Shown here one piece after another: positions 19,183 to 27,897 of a DNA stretch of 64,000 nt; the stretch's first letter is position 1, and each line of letters begins with the position of its first letter. Source of the DNA: Thermodesulfobacteriota bacterium (GTDB lineage: Bacteria > Desulfobacterota > Desulfobacteria > Desulfobacterales > SURF-7). Where the stretch lies: NCBI GenBank assembly GCA_049320885.1, contig JBMORA010000033.1, forward strand, positions 47,500 through 111,499, in the 5' to 3' direction. The position numbers were made by a program, and so were the translations under genes. The notes below the pieces were generated by a model that worked only from the letters and a program-made list of their open reading frames with translations, made no database searches and was not told where the DNA came from.

Positions 19183-20655
19183 ATGAATGAACCTATCGCC
19201 ATCTGCGATTCGGAGACCAATCCCATCCCGTATCGGCAGATCCTTTCCATGATCAGCCAGGGCATCGCCGTTCTCTCGGAAGGGATTGTCGTTTACGCCA
19301 ACGCCGCCTTATGCGACATCGCCGGAAAGAACCGGGGTGAGATGATCGGCCATATGTTTTTGGACCTCGTCGCCGACATGGACCGTTCCAGAATCGCATT
19401 GTATTTGCAGAACCTGCATGAAACGACGGGCGAGGATATCATTTTCCGCGTTCATCGGAGCAAGACCGCCGGCAGGGATGTGATGATGAAAGCCCTGCCC
19501 GTCCATCTCCAGGGCGTCTATTGCCATAACCGGGGCATCTGCTGCTGTGTAACGGATATCACCCTGCACCTGGATCATTTCCAGGCGCTGCAGCGGGAGA
19601 ACCGCCGCATGAGAAGTCTTCTGGACGATACGGAAAGCGTTCTCCTGTCGCTCGCCCCGCATGATTGCGAGGATATCCTGTCGGTCAATCGGCATGTGGA
19701 GGCCATGATCGGCTGTTCGGTAAAGGATCTGAAAAACGGTCGGAGGCACTGGTTCGATTTTGTTCATCCGGATTTTTTGAACCAGGTGACGGCGTTTTAC
19801 AAAAAGTTTCCGGACACCTTCGAAAACGAAACCCTGGAATACGTCGTTATCGGCAACGACAAGAGCCCCAGATGGGTCCGGGATACCGGGAATGTACTGT
19901 TTGTGGAACGGGGACACGGCATGCCCCGCCGCGTCGACCATACCATCGTGGATATCACCGAACAGAAACAACGTGAAGTTGAGTTGGAGGCGGAAAGGAC
20001 CAAACTGGCGAGCATTATCCGTAACAGCACGGACATGATCTACCGCGTGGATTATGAAGGTAATTTCCTGGATCTCAATCCCGCCGGAATTCAATTGCTC
20101 GGTCTGGAGGAAGGCTTCCGCACCAGAAAAATATTGGATTTTTATGTCGATCCGAAACAGCGCGACCGGCTGCTGAAAAACTGTGAAACAACCGCAGGCT
20201 GTGCCCAGCAGGTGGCCAAATGGCGACTCGGTGACGGGAAACAGATTGACGTGGTCATCAACGTCGTGGCGGAAAAGGATATGACGGGCCGGATAGTCTC
20301 CTTTCACGGAATCGTCCACAATGTCACCCAGACCCTGGAGATGCAAAAACTGGAATCCGTCAAGAAAATGGCCGGCGGTCTGAGCGATCACATCAACACG
20401 CCGTTGATGATCATTTCCGTCAACATATCCCAGATGAGAGAGATTCTGGATGCCGCAACCATTGACAAGGAAGAGCTCATCACCTGCCTGGACGAAATGA
20501 AGATCGCCTTCTCGAAAATCGTCGAACCCCTGAAAGCCGTCCGCGATACCTACTGGAAAATAGAAGAAGTGCCGGACGGCGTCGGCGGAACCATATACGA
20601 GATCCATGACGGCAGGGAAGCAAAACGAAAGGGCCTCCCCGGATATGCCGAATAG
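19183..20655 (+). CDS. Multi-PAS protein with degenerate DHp-like tail and no HATPase domain
   Basis: Three PAS-like segments (YANAAL..., FVHPD...WVRD...DITEQK, DLNPAG...), then AGGLSDHINTPL. Confidence 0.8.
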   Translation: MNEPIAICDSETNPIPYRQILSMISQGIAVLSEGIVVYANAALCDIAGKNRGEMIGHMFLDLVADMDRSRIALYLQNLHETTGEDIIFRVHRSKTAGRDVMMKALPVHLQGVYCHNRGICCCVTDITLHLDHFQALQRENRRMRSLLDDTESVLLSLAPHDCEDILSVNRHVEAMIGCSVKDLKNGRRHWFDFVHPDFLNQVTAFYKKFPDTFENETLEYVVIGNDKSPRWVRDTGNVLFVERGHGMPRRVDHTIVDITEQKQREVELEAERTKLASIIRNSTDMIYRVDYEGNFLDLNPAGIQLLGLEEGFRTRKILDFYVDPKQRDRLLKNCETTAGCAQQVAKWRLGDGKQIDVVINVVAEKDMTGRIVSFHGIVHNVTQTLEMQKLESVKKMAGGLSDHINTPLMIISVNISQMREILDAATIDKEELITCLDEMKIAFSKIVEPLKAVRDTYWKIEEVPDGVGGTIYEIHDGREAKRKGLPGYAE

Positions 20656-20701
20656 TCTATCCGAGCCAACCGTCTCACCCCTCATCGGCAGGAGCGGAAA
20701 C

Positions 20702-22453
20702 ATGACCCATCCATCGGTAATCAATCCCGGAATCATTCGCCCCGAAGATCCATATGGACCATTACGACGCATATTGCTGGTCAGTATGATCGTCATTCCC
20801 TTCATGCCGTTTCTGCTGGTTCTGGCCAGTGGCGGGTATTTTTTCTATTCCTCCATCGAAAACAAAACCATTGAAAGCATGAAGCGGATTGTGGAAGACC
20901 ATCGCCAGGTGATCGAATTTTTCCTGGAAGAACGCAAAACCGACCTGGCATGGGTGCTGAACACTTATCCGGTTGAAAAACTTCGCCAATCGGACCAGCT
21001 TCATGGTGTCATCATGGATCTGCAACGGAAATCCCCGGCTTTCGCCGATATCGGTCTTTTTGACGAAAACGGAGTCCACCTGGCCTACTGGGGCCCCTAC
21101 GAGCTCAGCGGCAAAGTCTACAGCGACGCCCCCTGGTTCAAAAAAGTGATGAAGAGCGGCTGGTATATCAGCGATGTCTTCCTTGGATTTCGCAAGGAGC
21201 CGCATTTCATCATCGCCGTGCGGAAGAAGGATGGAGACCATCAATGGGTGTTGCGATCCACCATCGACAGCCGCCTTTTCACGGATTTCGTGGAAAGGGT
21301 CCGCATCGGTAAAACCGGCGAGGCCTATATCCTCAACAAGGAAGGTTTTTTTCAAACCGAGCGCCGATCCGGCGGCAGCCTCATGACCCGGGATCCGGAA
21401 CATGAAATCCATCCCGCTTATCATTCCGGAATCGAAACGTTCATCCAGAAAGACCATAGCGGGGATGAATATCTGTACGCCACCGCCTGGCTGAAATCCA
21501 ACGATTGGCTGCTGGTGGTCCGCAAGGAGAAGTCGGATGCCTTTCAATCCCTGCGCATGGCTTCCTTCTTCAGCCTGCTGATTTCCACTGTCAGCGGCAT
21601 GCTGATTATTCCCCTCGGGTTCTATGTGACCGGACGGATCATCCGGCGGATGGAAAAGATGGAGACCGACAAGGGATTTCTGGAACAACAATTGATCGGT
21701 GCCAGCCGCCTCGCGGAGCTGGGGGAAATGGCGGCAGGCTTCGCCCATGAAATCAATAACCCCCTCCAGATCATGAAGAGCGAAAAGGCCCTGATCGATA
21801 TGGTGTTGGACGAAATGCGAAAAACCGGCGAGCTCAAGGAATCCGATGACCTGGCCACCGTTCTGGATTGCATGAACCAGATCCAGCTGCAAATCAACCG
21901 GTGCGCCAAAATCACCCAGGCGATCCTGAAATTCGGCCGCCAGGGAGAACCCGCCCCCCAGACCATTGCATTGCAGGAATTCGTTCCCGAAGTCACCGCC
22001 ATGATCGAAAAGCAGGCCGCTGTTGCCGGAATTCACATCTCCCAGGATATCCATGAAAACACACCGAGGATTTATGCCGACCCGGCCCAGCTCCAGCAGG
22101 TGCTCTTGAATTTATACAACAACGCCATGGATGCCATTACCGAAAAAAATCCGACGGAAGGCGGCAGCCTGGAGATCCACGCCAAACGGAGCCAGGAGGG
22201 CAGAGCGGAAATCACGGTCACCGATTCGGGAGCCGGTATCCGACCGGAAAACCTTGAAAAAATCTTTTCGCCGTTTTTTACCACCAAGCCCGTGGGCAAA
22301 GGAACCGGTCTGGGACTGTCCGTATGCTATGGAATCATCCAGAGCATGGGAGGGAACCTGGCGGCCTCCAGCAGGGAAGGCGTCGGAACTACATTCACCA
22401 TTACACTACCGCCTCAAAAAGGACAAGTTCGCCCCGGAGTAAAAAAAATCTGA
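20702..22453 (+). CDS. Cache-type sensor histidine kinase, paralog of 10764..12479
   Basis: [46 protein letters not shown]. Start chosen from the AGGAG SD; 20645 is an alternative. Confidence 0.92.
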   Translation: MTHPSVINPGIIRPEDPYGPLRRILLVSMIVIPFMPFLLVLASGGYFFYSSIENKTIESMKRIVEDHRQVIEFFLEERKTDLAWVLNTYPVEKLRQSDQLHGVIMDLQRKSPAFADIGLFDENGVHLAYWGPYELSGKVYSDAPWFKKVMKSGWYISDVFLGFRKEPHFIIAVRKKDGDHQWVLRSTIDSRLFTDFVERVRIGKTGEAYILNKEGFFQTERRSGGSLMTRDPEHEIHPAYHSGIETFIQKDHSGDEYLYATAWLKSNDWLLVVRKEKSDAFQSLRMASFFSLLISTVSGMLIIPLGFYVTGRIIRRMEKMETDKGFLEQQLIGASRLAELGEMAAGFAHEINNPLQIMKSEKALIDMVLDEMRKTGELKESDDLATVLDCMNQIQLQINRCAKITQAILKFGRQGEPAPQTIALQEFVPEVTAMIEKQAAVAGIHISQDIHENTPRIYADPAQLQQVLLNLYNNAMDAITEKNPTEGGSLEIHAKRSQEGRAEITVTDSGAGIRPENLEKIFSPFFTTKPVGKGTGLGLSVCYGIIQSMGGNLAASSREGVGTTFTITLPPQKGQVRPGVKKI

Positions 22454-22481
22454 CCGGTCTCACACCAGTTTTTTTTCACTC

Positions 22482-22498
22482 TGTAAATAATCCTGACA
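22482..22498 (+). promoter_or_regulatory. Candidate EBP-binding site
   Basis: TGTAAATAATCCTGACA, same TGTAAA-N7-GACA pattern as 10051, about 100 bp upstream of a sigma54 element. Confidence 0.5.
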
Positions 22499-22593
22499 GC
22501 GGGGGTATCCCGGACAGACCCGCGTTGGCTATGCCCGTGGATAATTCACATATTTTTATACAGATCCACTCCTGCCGGACCATTCACTCCGGT

Positions 22594-22609
22594 TGGCACA
22601 AAGGTTGCT
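22594..22609 (+). promoter_or_regulatory. Sigma54 -24/-12 promoter
   Basis: TGGCAC-AAAGG-TTGCT. Confidence 0.78.
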
Positions 22610-22721
22610 GTTTTTGAATGGCAGTGTGGAAACCACACCGGCAGACCCGTCATCGTCCTTCCGGGAACGATGACGCTGGAAACACACAGGGTCAAGACAA
22701 GAGAATGAAAGAACCAATCCA

Positions 22722-23129
22722 ATGAACTTGATGCTTGTCGATGATGAGGAGCGCTTTCTGGAGACCACCCGGAAATTGCTCGAAAAAAAAGGCTACCGGG
22801 TCGTCACGGCCACTAACGGCGCCGAGGCCATGCAACTGCTCAACAGCCAAACGGTTCACGTGGTCATCCTGGATGTCAAAATGCCCGGGAAGGACGGCAA
22901 TACCGTCTTAAAAGAAATCAAAAGCCAGTTTCCCCTGGTGGAAGTCATCATGCTGACCGGTCATGCCACCATGGAATCCGCCATTGACGGTCTGAAATTC
23001 GGCGCCACCGACTACCTGACCAAACCCGCGGATATGGAGTTGCTGATTCAAAAAGCCGAGGATGCCTATGAAAAAAGGCTCCGTCATGAAGAAAGAATTC
23101 AAAAGGAGGTTCCGCATGCAATTCTTTAA
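22722..23129 (+). CDS. Stand-alone response regulator receiver
   Basis: MLVDDE, ILDVKMP, EVIMLTGH, YLTKP. Confidence 0.92.
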   Translation: MNLMLVDDEERFLETTRKLLEKKGYRVVTATNGAEAMQLLNSQTVHVVILDVKMPGKDGNTVLKEIKSQFPLVEVIMLTGHATMESAIDGLKFGATDYLTKPADMELLIQKAEDAYEKRLRHEERIQKEVPHAIL

Positions 23130-24051
23130 AAGGATTTTCTTCCCGCTGGATCTCTCGGAAACATCCGCGAAACTGGCACCCTATGCGCTTTCCATGGCCC
23201 GGAAATTCTCCGCCAAACTTCACATCGTTTTCGTGGCCAGAATGTTCGACCATTTTTCGGAAATGTATGTCGCCGATACCATGATCGCCAATTTCCAGAA
23301 AGCGGTGATGGAAGGCGCCAAAAAGCGTTTGCAGGAATTCACCACGGAACATCTTGCTTCCTGGCCCCATGTAGAAACAACCGTACTCGCCGGAGATATC
23401 GCCGAAGAAATCCTTGCCTATTTGGAAGCAAACACCTTCGACTTGATGATATTGGGAACCCATGGTCGAAAAGGCCTCGAGAAAATTTTCTTCGGCTCCG
23501 TGGCGGAACGGCTGCTGAAAGCCTCCCCCGCGCCGGTTTTGCTGATCAACCCCTATCGTCTGGAATCCATCCGCGGTGCCGGTTTTCCGGATACGCCCTT
23601 CCGTAAGATCATGTTTCCGGTGGATCTGTCCACCATTTCACCCGTCATTGTTCCCTTTGTCAAAGCCGTTGCCGGCGCTTTCGGCGCCGACATCGAACTG
23701 CTGCGGGTCATGCGCTCGGTCAATTATTTCAATTCGCTTTACGTACCGGACAACTCGATTTTTACCTTCGAGGAAGAACTGCGACTGGGCGCCAAGCGGA
23801 AGATGGAAGAATTCAAGCAAGCACATTTCGCCGATGCCCCCGGTGCCAAAACCAACGTTCTTGTCGGCGATATATCGGAATGTATCCTGGATTTCGCCCG
23901 TTCCAAGCAGGTGGATCTTATCGTCATGGGCACGCATGGCCGGAAAGGATTGGACAAGATCATGTACGGTTCCGTTGCCGAACGGGTGGCCAAGGCCTCA
24001 CCGGTTCCGGTGCTGCTGGTCAACCCCCATCGGGTCTCCCGGCAAGCATGA
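23116..24051 (+). CDS. Tandem-domain universal stress protein
   Basis: Two copies of DL(M/I)(I/V)(L/M)GTHGRKGL.KI..GSVAER; SD AGGAGG, ATG at 23116. Confidence 0.92.
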   Translation: MQFFKRIFFPLDLSETSAKLAPYALSMARKFSAKLHIVFVARMFDHFSEMYVADTMIANFQKAVMEGAKKRLQEFTTEHLASWPHVETTVLAGDIAEEILAYLEANTFDLMILGTHGRKGLEKIFFGSVAERLLKASPAPVLLINPYRLESIRGAGFPDTPFRKIMFPVDLSTISPVIVPFVKAVAGAFGADIELLRVMRSVNYFNSLYVPDNSIFTFEEELRLGAKRKMEEFKQAHFADAPGAKTNVLVGDISECILDFARSKQVDLIVMGTHGRKGLDKIMYGSVAERVAKASPVPVLLVNPHRVSRQA

Positions 24052-24117
24052 CCGAAACGGGATCTGAAATCTGACATTTCAAATCACCAGAAGTGGTTTT
24101 TTCTTGGAGGTTCCGCC

Positions 24118-25068
24118 ATGAAACAAAAATACCTGCTGGCGGTGGATCGGTTTGACCAGTCCCTTTCGGTCGTCCGCTATTTCAGCAAAATTGTCCCCCC
24201 CGACCGGGCTGAAGCGGTGCTGTTCCGGGTGAATCCCCCGGTCCCGGAATGTCTATTCGACCTGGAGAAAGATCCCCATCCGGGAATCGACCTCCTGCCC
24301 ATCGATGGCTGGAGTTCCCATGAAAAAGAAGCCGCCGAAGCCTTTTTCGATGCCGCCAGGATCATGCTGCTGCAGAAAGGCTTTGCACCGTCAGCCATTA
24401 CCGTCCTTCACCAGCCGCGCCAAAGAGGTATCGCCAGGGATATCGCGGACGAATCCAGAAAAGGATATGCGGCTCTGTTGATCGGACGCTCGGAAACCCA
24501 TGACATGAACGACATATCCCTGGGCAGCGTAACCACCAAACTGGTTCACCTGTGCGATCATCTCCCCCTGGCGGTAATCGGCGCCAACCCGCCGACGGAC
24601 AGGTTTCTTATCGGTATGGATCGTTCCGAAGGCGCGCGGCGTGCCGTTGAATTCGTCGCCGGCATTCTTCACAACCCGGGTATCGACGTAACCCTTTGCC
24701 ATGTGATCCGGTCGCTCAAACTGAAACAGCTGCGCAACCGTCCCGCCGGAAAACAGGCGGCTGTTTTTTCACCGGAACATGAACTCAAGTGGCAGAAAAT
24801 CAACCAGGAAGGCATCCGGCCGGTACTTCATCTTGCCGAACGCCAATTTGTAGATGCCGGCTGGGCGCCCCATAAAGTTCACAGCAAAGTGATTCTGGAA
24901 GTCGAAAAACGTTCCCAGTGTCTGGTGAATGAAATGCTGACCGAAGGCCACGGCAGCATCGTGCTCGGCCGCAGAGGCGCTTCCGTTGTAAAAGAATTTT
25001 TCATGGGCCGGGTGGGCCAGAAAGTGTTGAATCTGGCCGCAAACCGGGCTGTATGGATTGTCAATTGA
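24118..25068 (+). CDS. Tandem-domain universal stress protein, divergent
   Basis: LLAVD, GIARDI, LGSVTTKL, IVLGRRG..FFMGRVGQKV. Confidence 0.82.
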   Translation: MKQKYLLAVDRFDQSLSVVRYFSKIVPPDRAEAVLFRVNPPVPECLFDLEKDPHPGIDLLPIDGWSSHEKEAAEAFFDAARIMLLQKGFAPSAITVLHQPRQRGIARDIADESRKGYAALLIGRSETHDMNDISLGSVTTKLVHLCDHLPLAVIGANPPTDRFLIGMDRSEGARRAVEFVAGILHNPGIDVTLCHVIRSLKLKQLRNRPAGKQAAVFSPEHELKWQKINQEGIRPVLHLAERQFVDAGWAPHKVHSKVILEVEKRSQCLVNEMLTEGHGSIVLGRRGASVVKEFFMGRVGQKVLNLAANRAVWIVN

Positions 25069-25069
25069 C

Positions 25070-25978
25070 ATGCGCGCGATATTAGACCTGTTTCGCCGGC
25101 CCGAACCGAAAGCACAAGGCCTTGGCGCTTCCCGCCTTTCAAGGGGGCTTGTTTTCGCGGTTTCCCTGCTCCTGACCGCGGCGATCGGATATCTGCGGCA
25201 TCTCACCGGACCGGAGTACGCCTTGTCGGCCTTCTATATTTTCCCCATCGCATTATCCGCCTGGCTGGTGGGCATCTGGGGCGGGGTCTCTATTTCCGCG
25301 GCCGGAGCCCTTTCCTGGCTGACGGCGGATCTTTCCATTATCGAGTCCTTCTCAAATCCCTATGTGCCGTATGTGAACGAAACGTTTCGCTTGCTGGTAT
25401 TCCTGTTCATCGCCCTGCTGATCTCCAAAATGAAAGCCCTGGTCGAATCCCAGAAGCAGCTGGCCAGAACCGACCCCCTGACCGGAATTTCCAACCGGCT
25501 GGCGTTTTTTGAATTCGCCGAAAGCGCGATCCAGCATGCCCGGAGGTTCGGCCACCCGGTTTCCATCCTTTCCCTCGACCTGGATAATTTTAAAAGCGTC
25601 AACGATTGTTACGGCCACCGGGAAGGCGACAAGCTCCTGCGCCTGGTTGCCGGGACCATCCGGGCCAATATCCGCGTCATCGATATCGTCGCCCGCTTCG
25701 GCGGCGATGAATTCGTGATTTTACTCTCCCGAACGGACAGCGACGCCGCCTTTCAGTTGGGGGTCAAGCTGCAGCGCAAACTCCTCGCCCTGATGAAACA
25801 AAACAACTGGCCGGCCACCGCCAGCATCGGCGTCGCCACCTATGAAGACGTTCAGACAAGCATCCATGAAATGGTCGCTTCCGCCGATGCCCTGATGTAT
25901 TCCGCCAAACAGAACGGCAAAAACCTGGTCCTGAGAAAAATCAGCGATCAGACCAAAACCTCTTCCGGTATTCATTAG
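25070..25978 (+). CDS. Membrane diguanylate cyclase
   Basis: N-terminal TM helices, TDPLTG, DLDNFKSVND, RVID I-site, ARFGGDEF. Confidence 0.92.
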   Translation: MRAILDLFRRPEPKAQGLGASRLSRGLVFAVSLLLTAAIGYLRHLTGPEYALSAFYIFPIALSAWLVGIWGGVSISAAGALSWLTADLSIIESFSNPYVPYVNETFRLLVFLFIALLISKMKALVESQKQLARTDPLTGISNRLAFFEFAESAIQHARRFGHPVSILSLDLDNFKSVNDCYGHREGDKLLRLVAGTIRANIRVIDIVARFGGDEFVILLSRTDSDAAFQLGVKLQRKLLALMKQNNWPATASIGVATYEDVQTSIHEMVASADALMYSAKQNGKNLVLRKISDQTKTSSGIH

Positions 25979-25990
25979 AAAGGAGGAATC

Positions 25991-26266
25991 ATGGCGGCCA
26001 ACTCAAAAATCCGTTTTTATAAAGATGGGAAACAGGTGCGGTTTCAACTGAACGGCGATTTCGACGGTTCCATGGCATTGCAGCTGATCGGCATGATCGG
26101 CGATCATTGCGGCCGTTCCGATGCCGTCGTGATCGACACCGACGATCTCAGGGATTTGTTACCATTCGGGGTGGAAGTTTTTCACAAACGCTTGCGGACG
26201 GATCTCGGTTTCCCCCTTCATTGCCGGGTGGTCGGTTCCAAATCAGCCCTCCTGCAGCCACATTAA
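25991..26266 (+). CDS. Small STAS-like hypothetical protein
   Basis: SD AGGAGG; LNGDFDGSMA...VVIDTDDL. Confidence 0.65.
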   Translation: MAANSKIRFYKDGKQVRFQLNGDFDGSMALQLIGMIGDHCGRSDAVVIDTDDLRDLLPFGVEVFHKRLRTDLGFPLHCRVVGSKSALLQPH

Positions 26267-26378
26267 AAAACTGCTGAATTACTCCCCCAGGGAACTGGAG
26301 GAATACCTGGAGTTGGAAAACCAAACCCTGCTGCGGGTTTTGCGTTGCTCACCGGAATGGAAAAACCGGGTGGCTTGA
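26262..26378 (+). pseudogene. Start-less coding-like fragment, possibly the 3' end of a lost enoyl-CoA hydratase-like gene
   Basis: Reads IKKLLNYSPRELEEYLELENQTLLRVLRCSPEWKNRVA*; no in-frame start after the stop at 26130. Confidence 0.3.
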
Positions 26379-26493
26379 CTTTTTCTCCAGGCCGGTTTTT
26401 CCTGTTTTTCGATTGTTACCAGCAGCGGATTCAGTTGAAACCGCGCTGAAGCATCGGAGCTCCAGGCGATTTCAACCTGTCCATGAGAGGGAA

Positions 26494-27330
26494 TCAGACG
26501 AGCTTGCCCATTTTTCCCGCGATGCTGTCAAATGCCTTGGTAACGGGTGAATCCACATATTTTTCCTGGTAGGAGACACCGGCATCGCCGCAGGTCACCA
26601 TGGCCGTGTCAAACGGAATCCGGCCCAAAAAGGGGATGCCGGTTTCGAGGGCCGTGCGTTCTCCGCCGCCGGAGCCGAAAATCTCGATCAGTTGATTGCA
26701 GTGGGGGCATTGCAATCCGCTCATGTTTTCGATGAGCCCGAAAATGTCCATCTTGACGACCCGGCAGAAATTGATGGACTTGCGGACATCCGCAAGGGAC
26801 ACTTCCTGGGGCGTGGTCACGATGACGGCCTTGGCGTCCTTGATGATCTGGGCCACGGTCAAAGGTTCGTCGCCGGTCCCCGGAGGAGCGTCGATGAGCA
26901 GAAAATCGAGGTCTCCCCAGGCGACATCGCCGATGAATTGGCGGATGGCCGAATGCTTGACCGGACCCCGCCAGATAATGGCGTCATCCTTGTTGACGCT
27001 CAGGCTCTCAATGGAAATCGCCGCCAGTCTGTCCGAATAACGCAGTGGAACCAGCTTCTGATCCCGATCCACATCCAGCATGCCGGACAGCCCCAGCATG
27101 CGGGGGATATCGGGGCCATGAATATCCACATCCATGATGCCGACACGGAAGCCCTTCTTGGCCAGAGCCATGGCCAGATTCACCGTGACACTGGTTTTCC
27201 CGACGCCGCCCTTTCCGCTCATGACAATCAATTTGTTTTTTATTTTTCCAAGCGAAGCCTTGACCGGCGCATCCGGGTCGGGTTTGGCCTCCGCCGGGCA
27301 ACTCGCGATATTGATACCGTCCTGTTTCAT
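26494..27330 (-). CDS. mrp: Mrp/NBP35 Fe-S cluster carrier ATPase
   Basis: SGKGGVGKT, DVDIHGP, IWRGP, DAPPGTGD, ENMS..CPHC. Confidence 0.92.
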   Translation of the reverse strand: MKQDGINIASCPAEAKPDPDAPVKASLGKIKNKLIVMSGKGGVGKTSVTVNLAMALAKKGFRVGIMDVDIHGPDIPRMLGLSGMLDVDRDQKLVPLRYSDRLAAISIESLSVNKDDAIIWRGPVKHSAIRQFIGDVAWGDLDFLLIDAPPGTGDEPLTVAQIIKDAKAVIVTTPQEVSLADVRKSINFCRVVKMDIFGLIENMSGLQCPHCNQLIEIFGSGGGERTALETGIPFLGRIPFDTAMVTCGDAGVSYQEKYVDSPVTKAFDSIAGKMGKLV

Positions 27331-27397
27331 ACTGTCTTCCTTTCTTTTTCTTGGCAAAATAGATGATACGGCTGCATTGCGGAACCGGCCTTCGAAT

Positions 27398-27826
27398 TTA
27401 TCCCCCGGCTTCCAGATGCGGGAGACGATAAATGTTTTCGTCATGACAAGCCGGGCAGCATCCGGGATGGCCGCTGCCCTGGGGCTCCTCCCACTGTGTG
27501 TTGCAATGCTGGCAGACGAATATTCTTTTTACGTCCCCGATCCGATAATTGCCGCCCTGGACATTGATGGCCTTGCCGTTGATCAGGGCATCGGCGATGA
27601 TCCCCCGCGCGCGGTTGACGATTCGCCCGAAGGTGGCCCGGGAGACACCCATCTGTTGCCCGGCCTCTTCGTGGGACAGGCCTTCCAAATCCGCGAGACG
27701 GATGGCTTCGCGTTCATCAACGGTCAGGGCGACTTCCTCCAGCTCGATCATGGGAATTCCGCGGGGCTTGAAATAACTGACGTTGGGATTGAAGGTGACA
27801 ATTCGATCTTTCTGGGGACGGACCAT
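27398..27826 (-). CDS. DUF134 family putative DNA-binding protein with C-terminal CxxC/CPxC
   Basis: MVRPQKDR, YFKPRG, EAIRLADLEGLSHEEAGQQMGVSRATFGRI, INVQGG. Confidence 0.88.
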   Translation of the reverse strand: MVRPQKDRIVTFNPNVSYFKPRGIPMIELEEVALTVDEREAIRLADLEGLSHEEAGQQMGVSRATFGRIVNRARGIIADALINGKAINVQGGNYRIGDVKRIFVCQHCNTQWEEPQGSGHPGCCPACHDENIYRLPHLEAGG

Positions 27827-27836
27827 ATGTTATCCT

Positions 27837-27889
27837 TTATGGGAAAATACTCATAACAGGAAAATAGTGGCCGTCGCCCGGAAAGTCAA
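27837..27889 (-). promoter_or_regulatory. Sigma70 promoter with downstream palindromic operator
   Basis: TTGACT-N17-TATTTT (27889..27861), followed by TTATGAGTATTTTCCCATAA (27856..27837). Confidence 0.6.
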
Positions 27890-27897
27890 GGCCTTTT

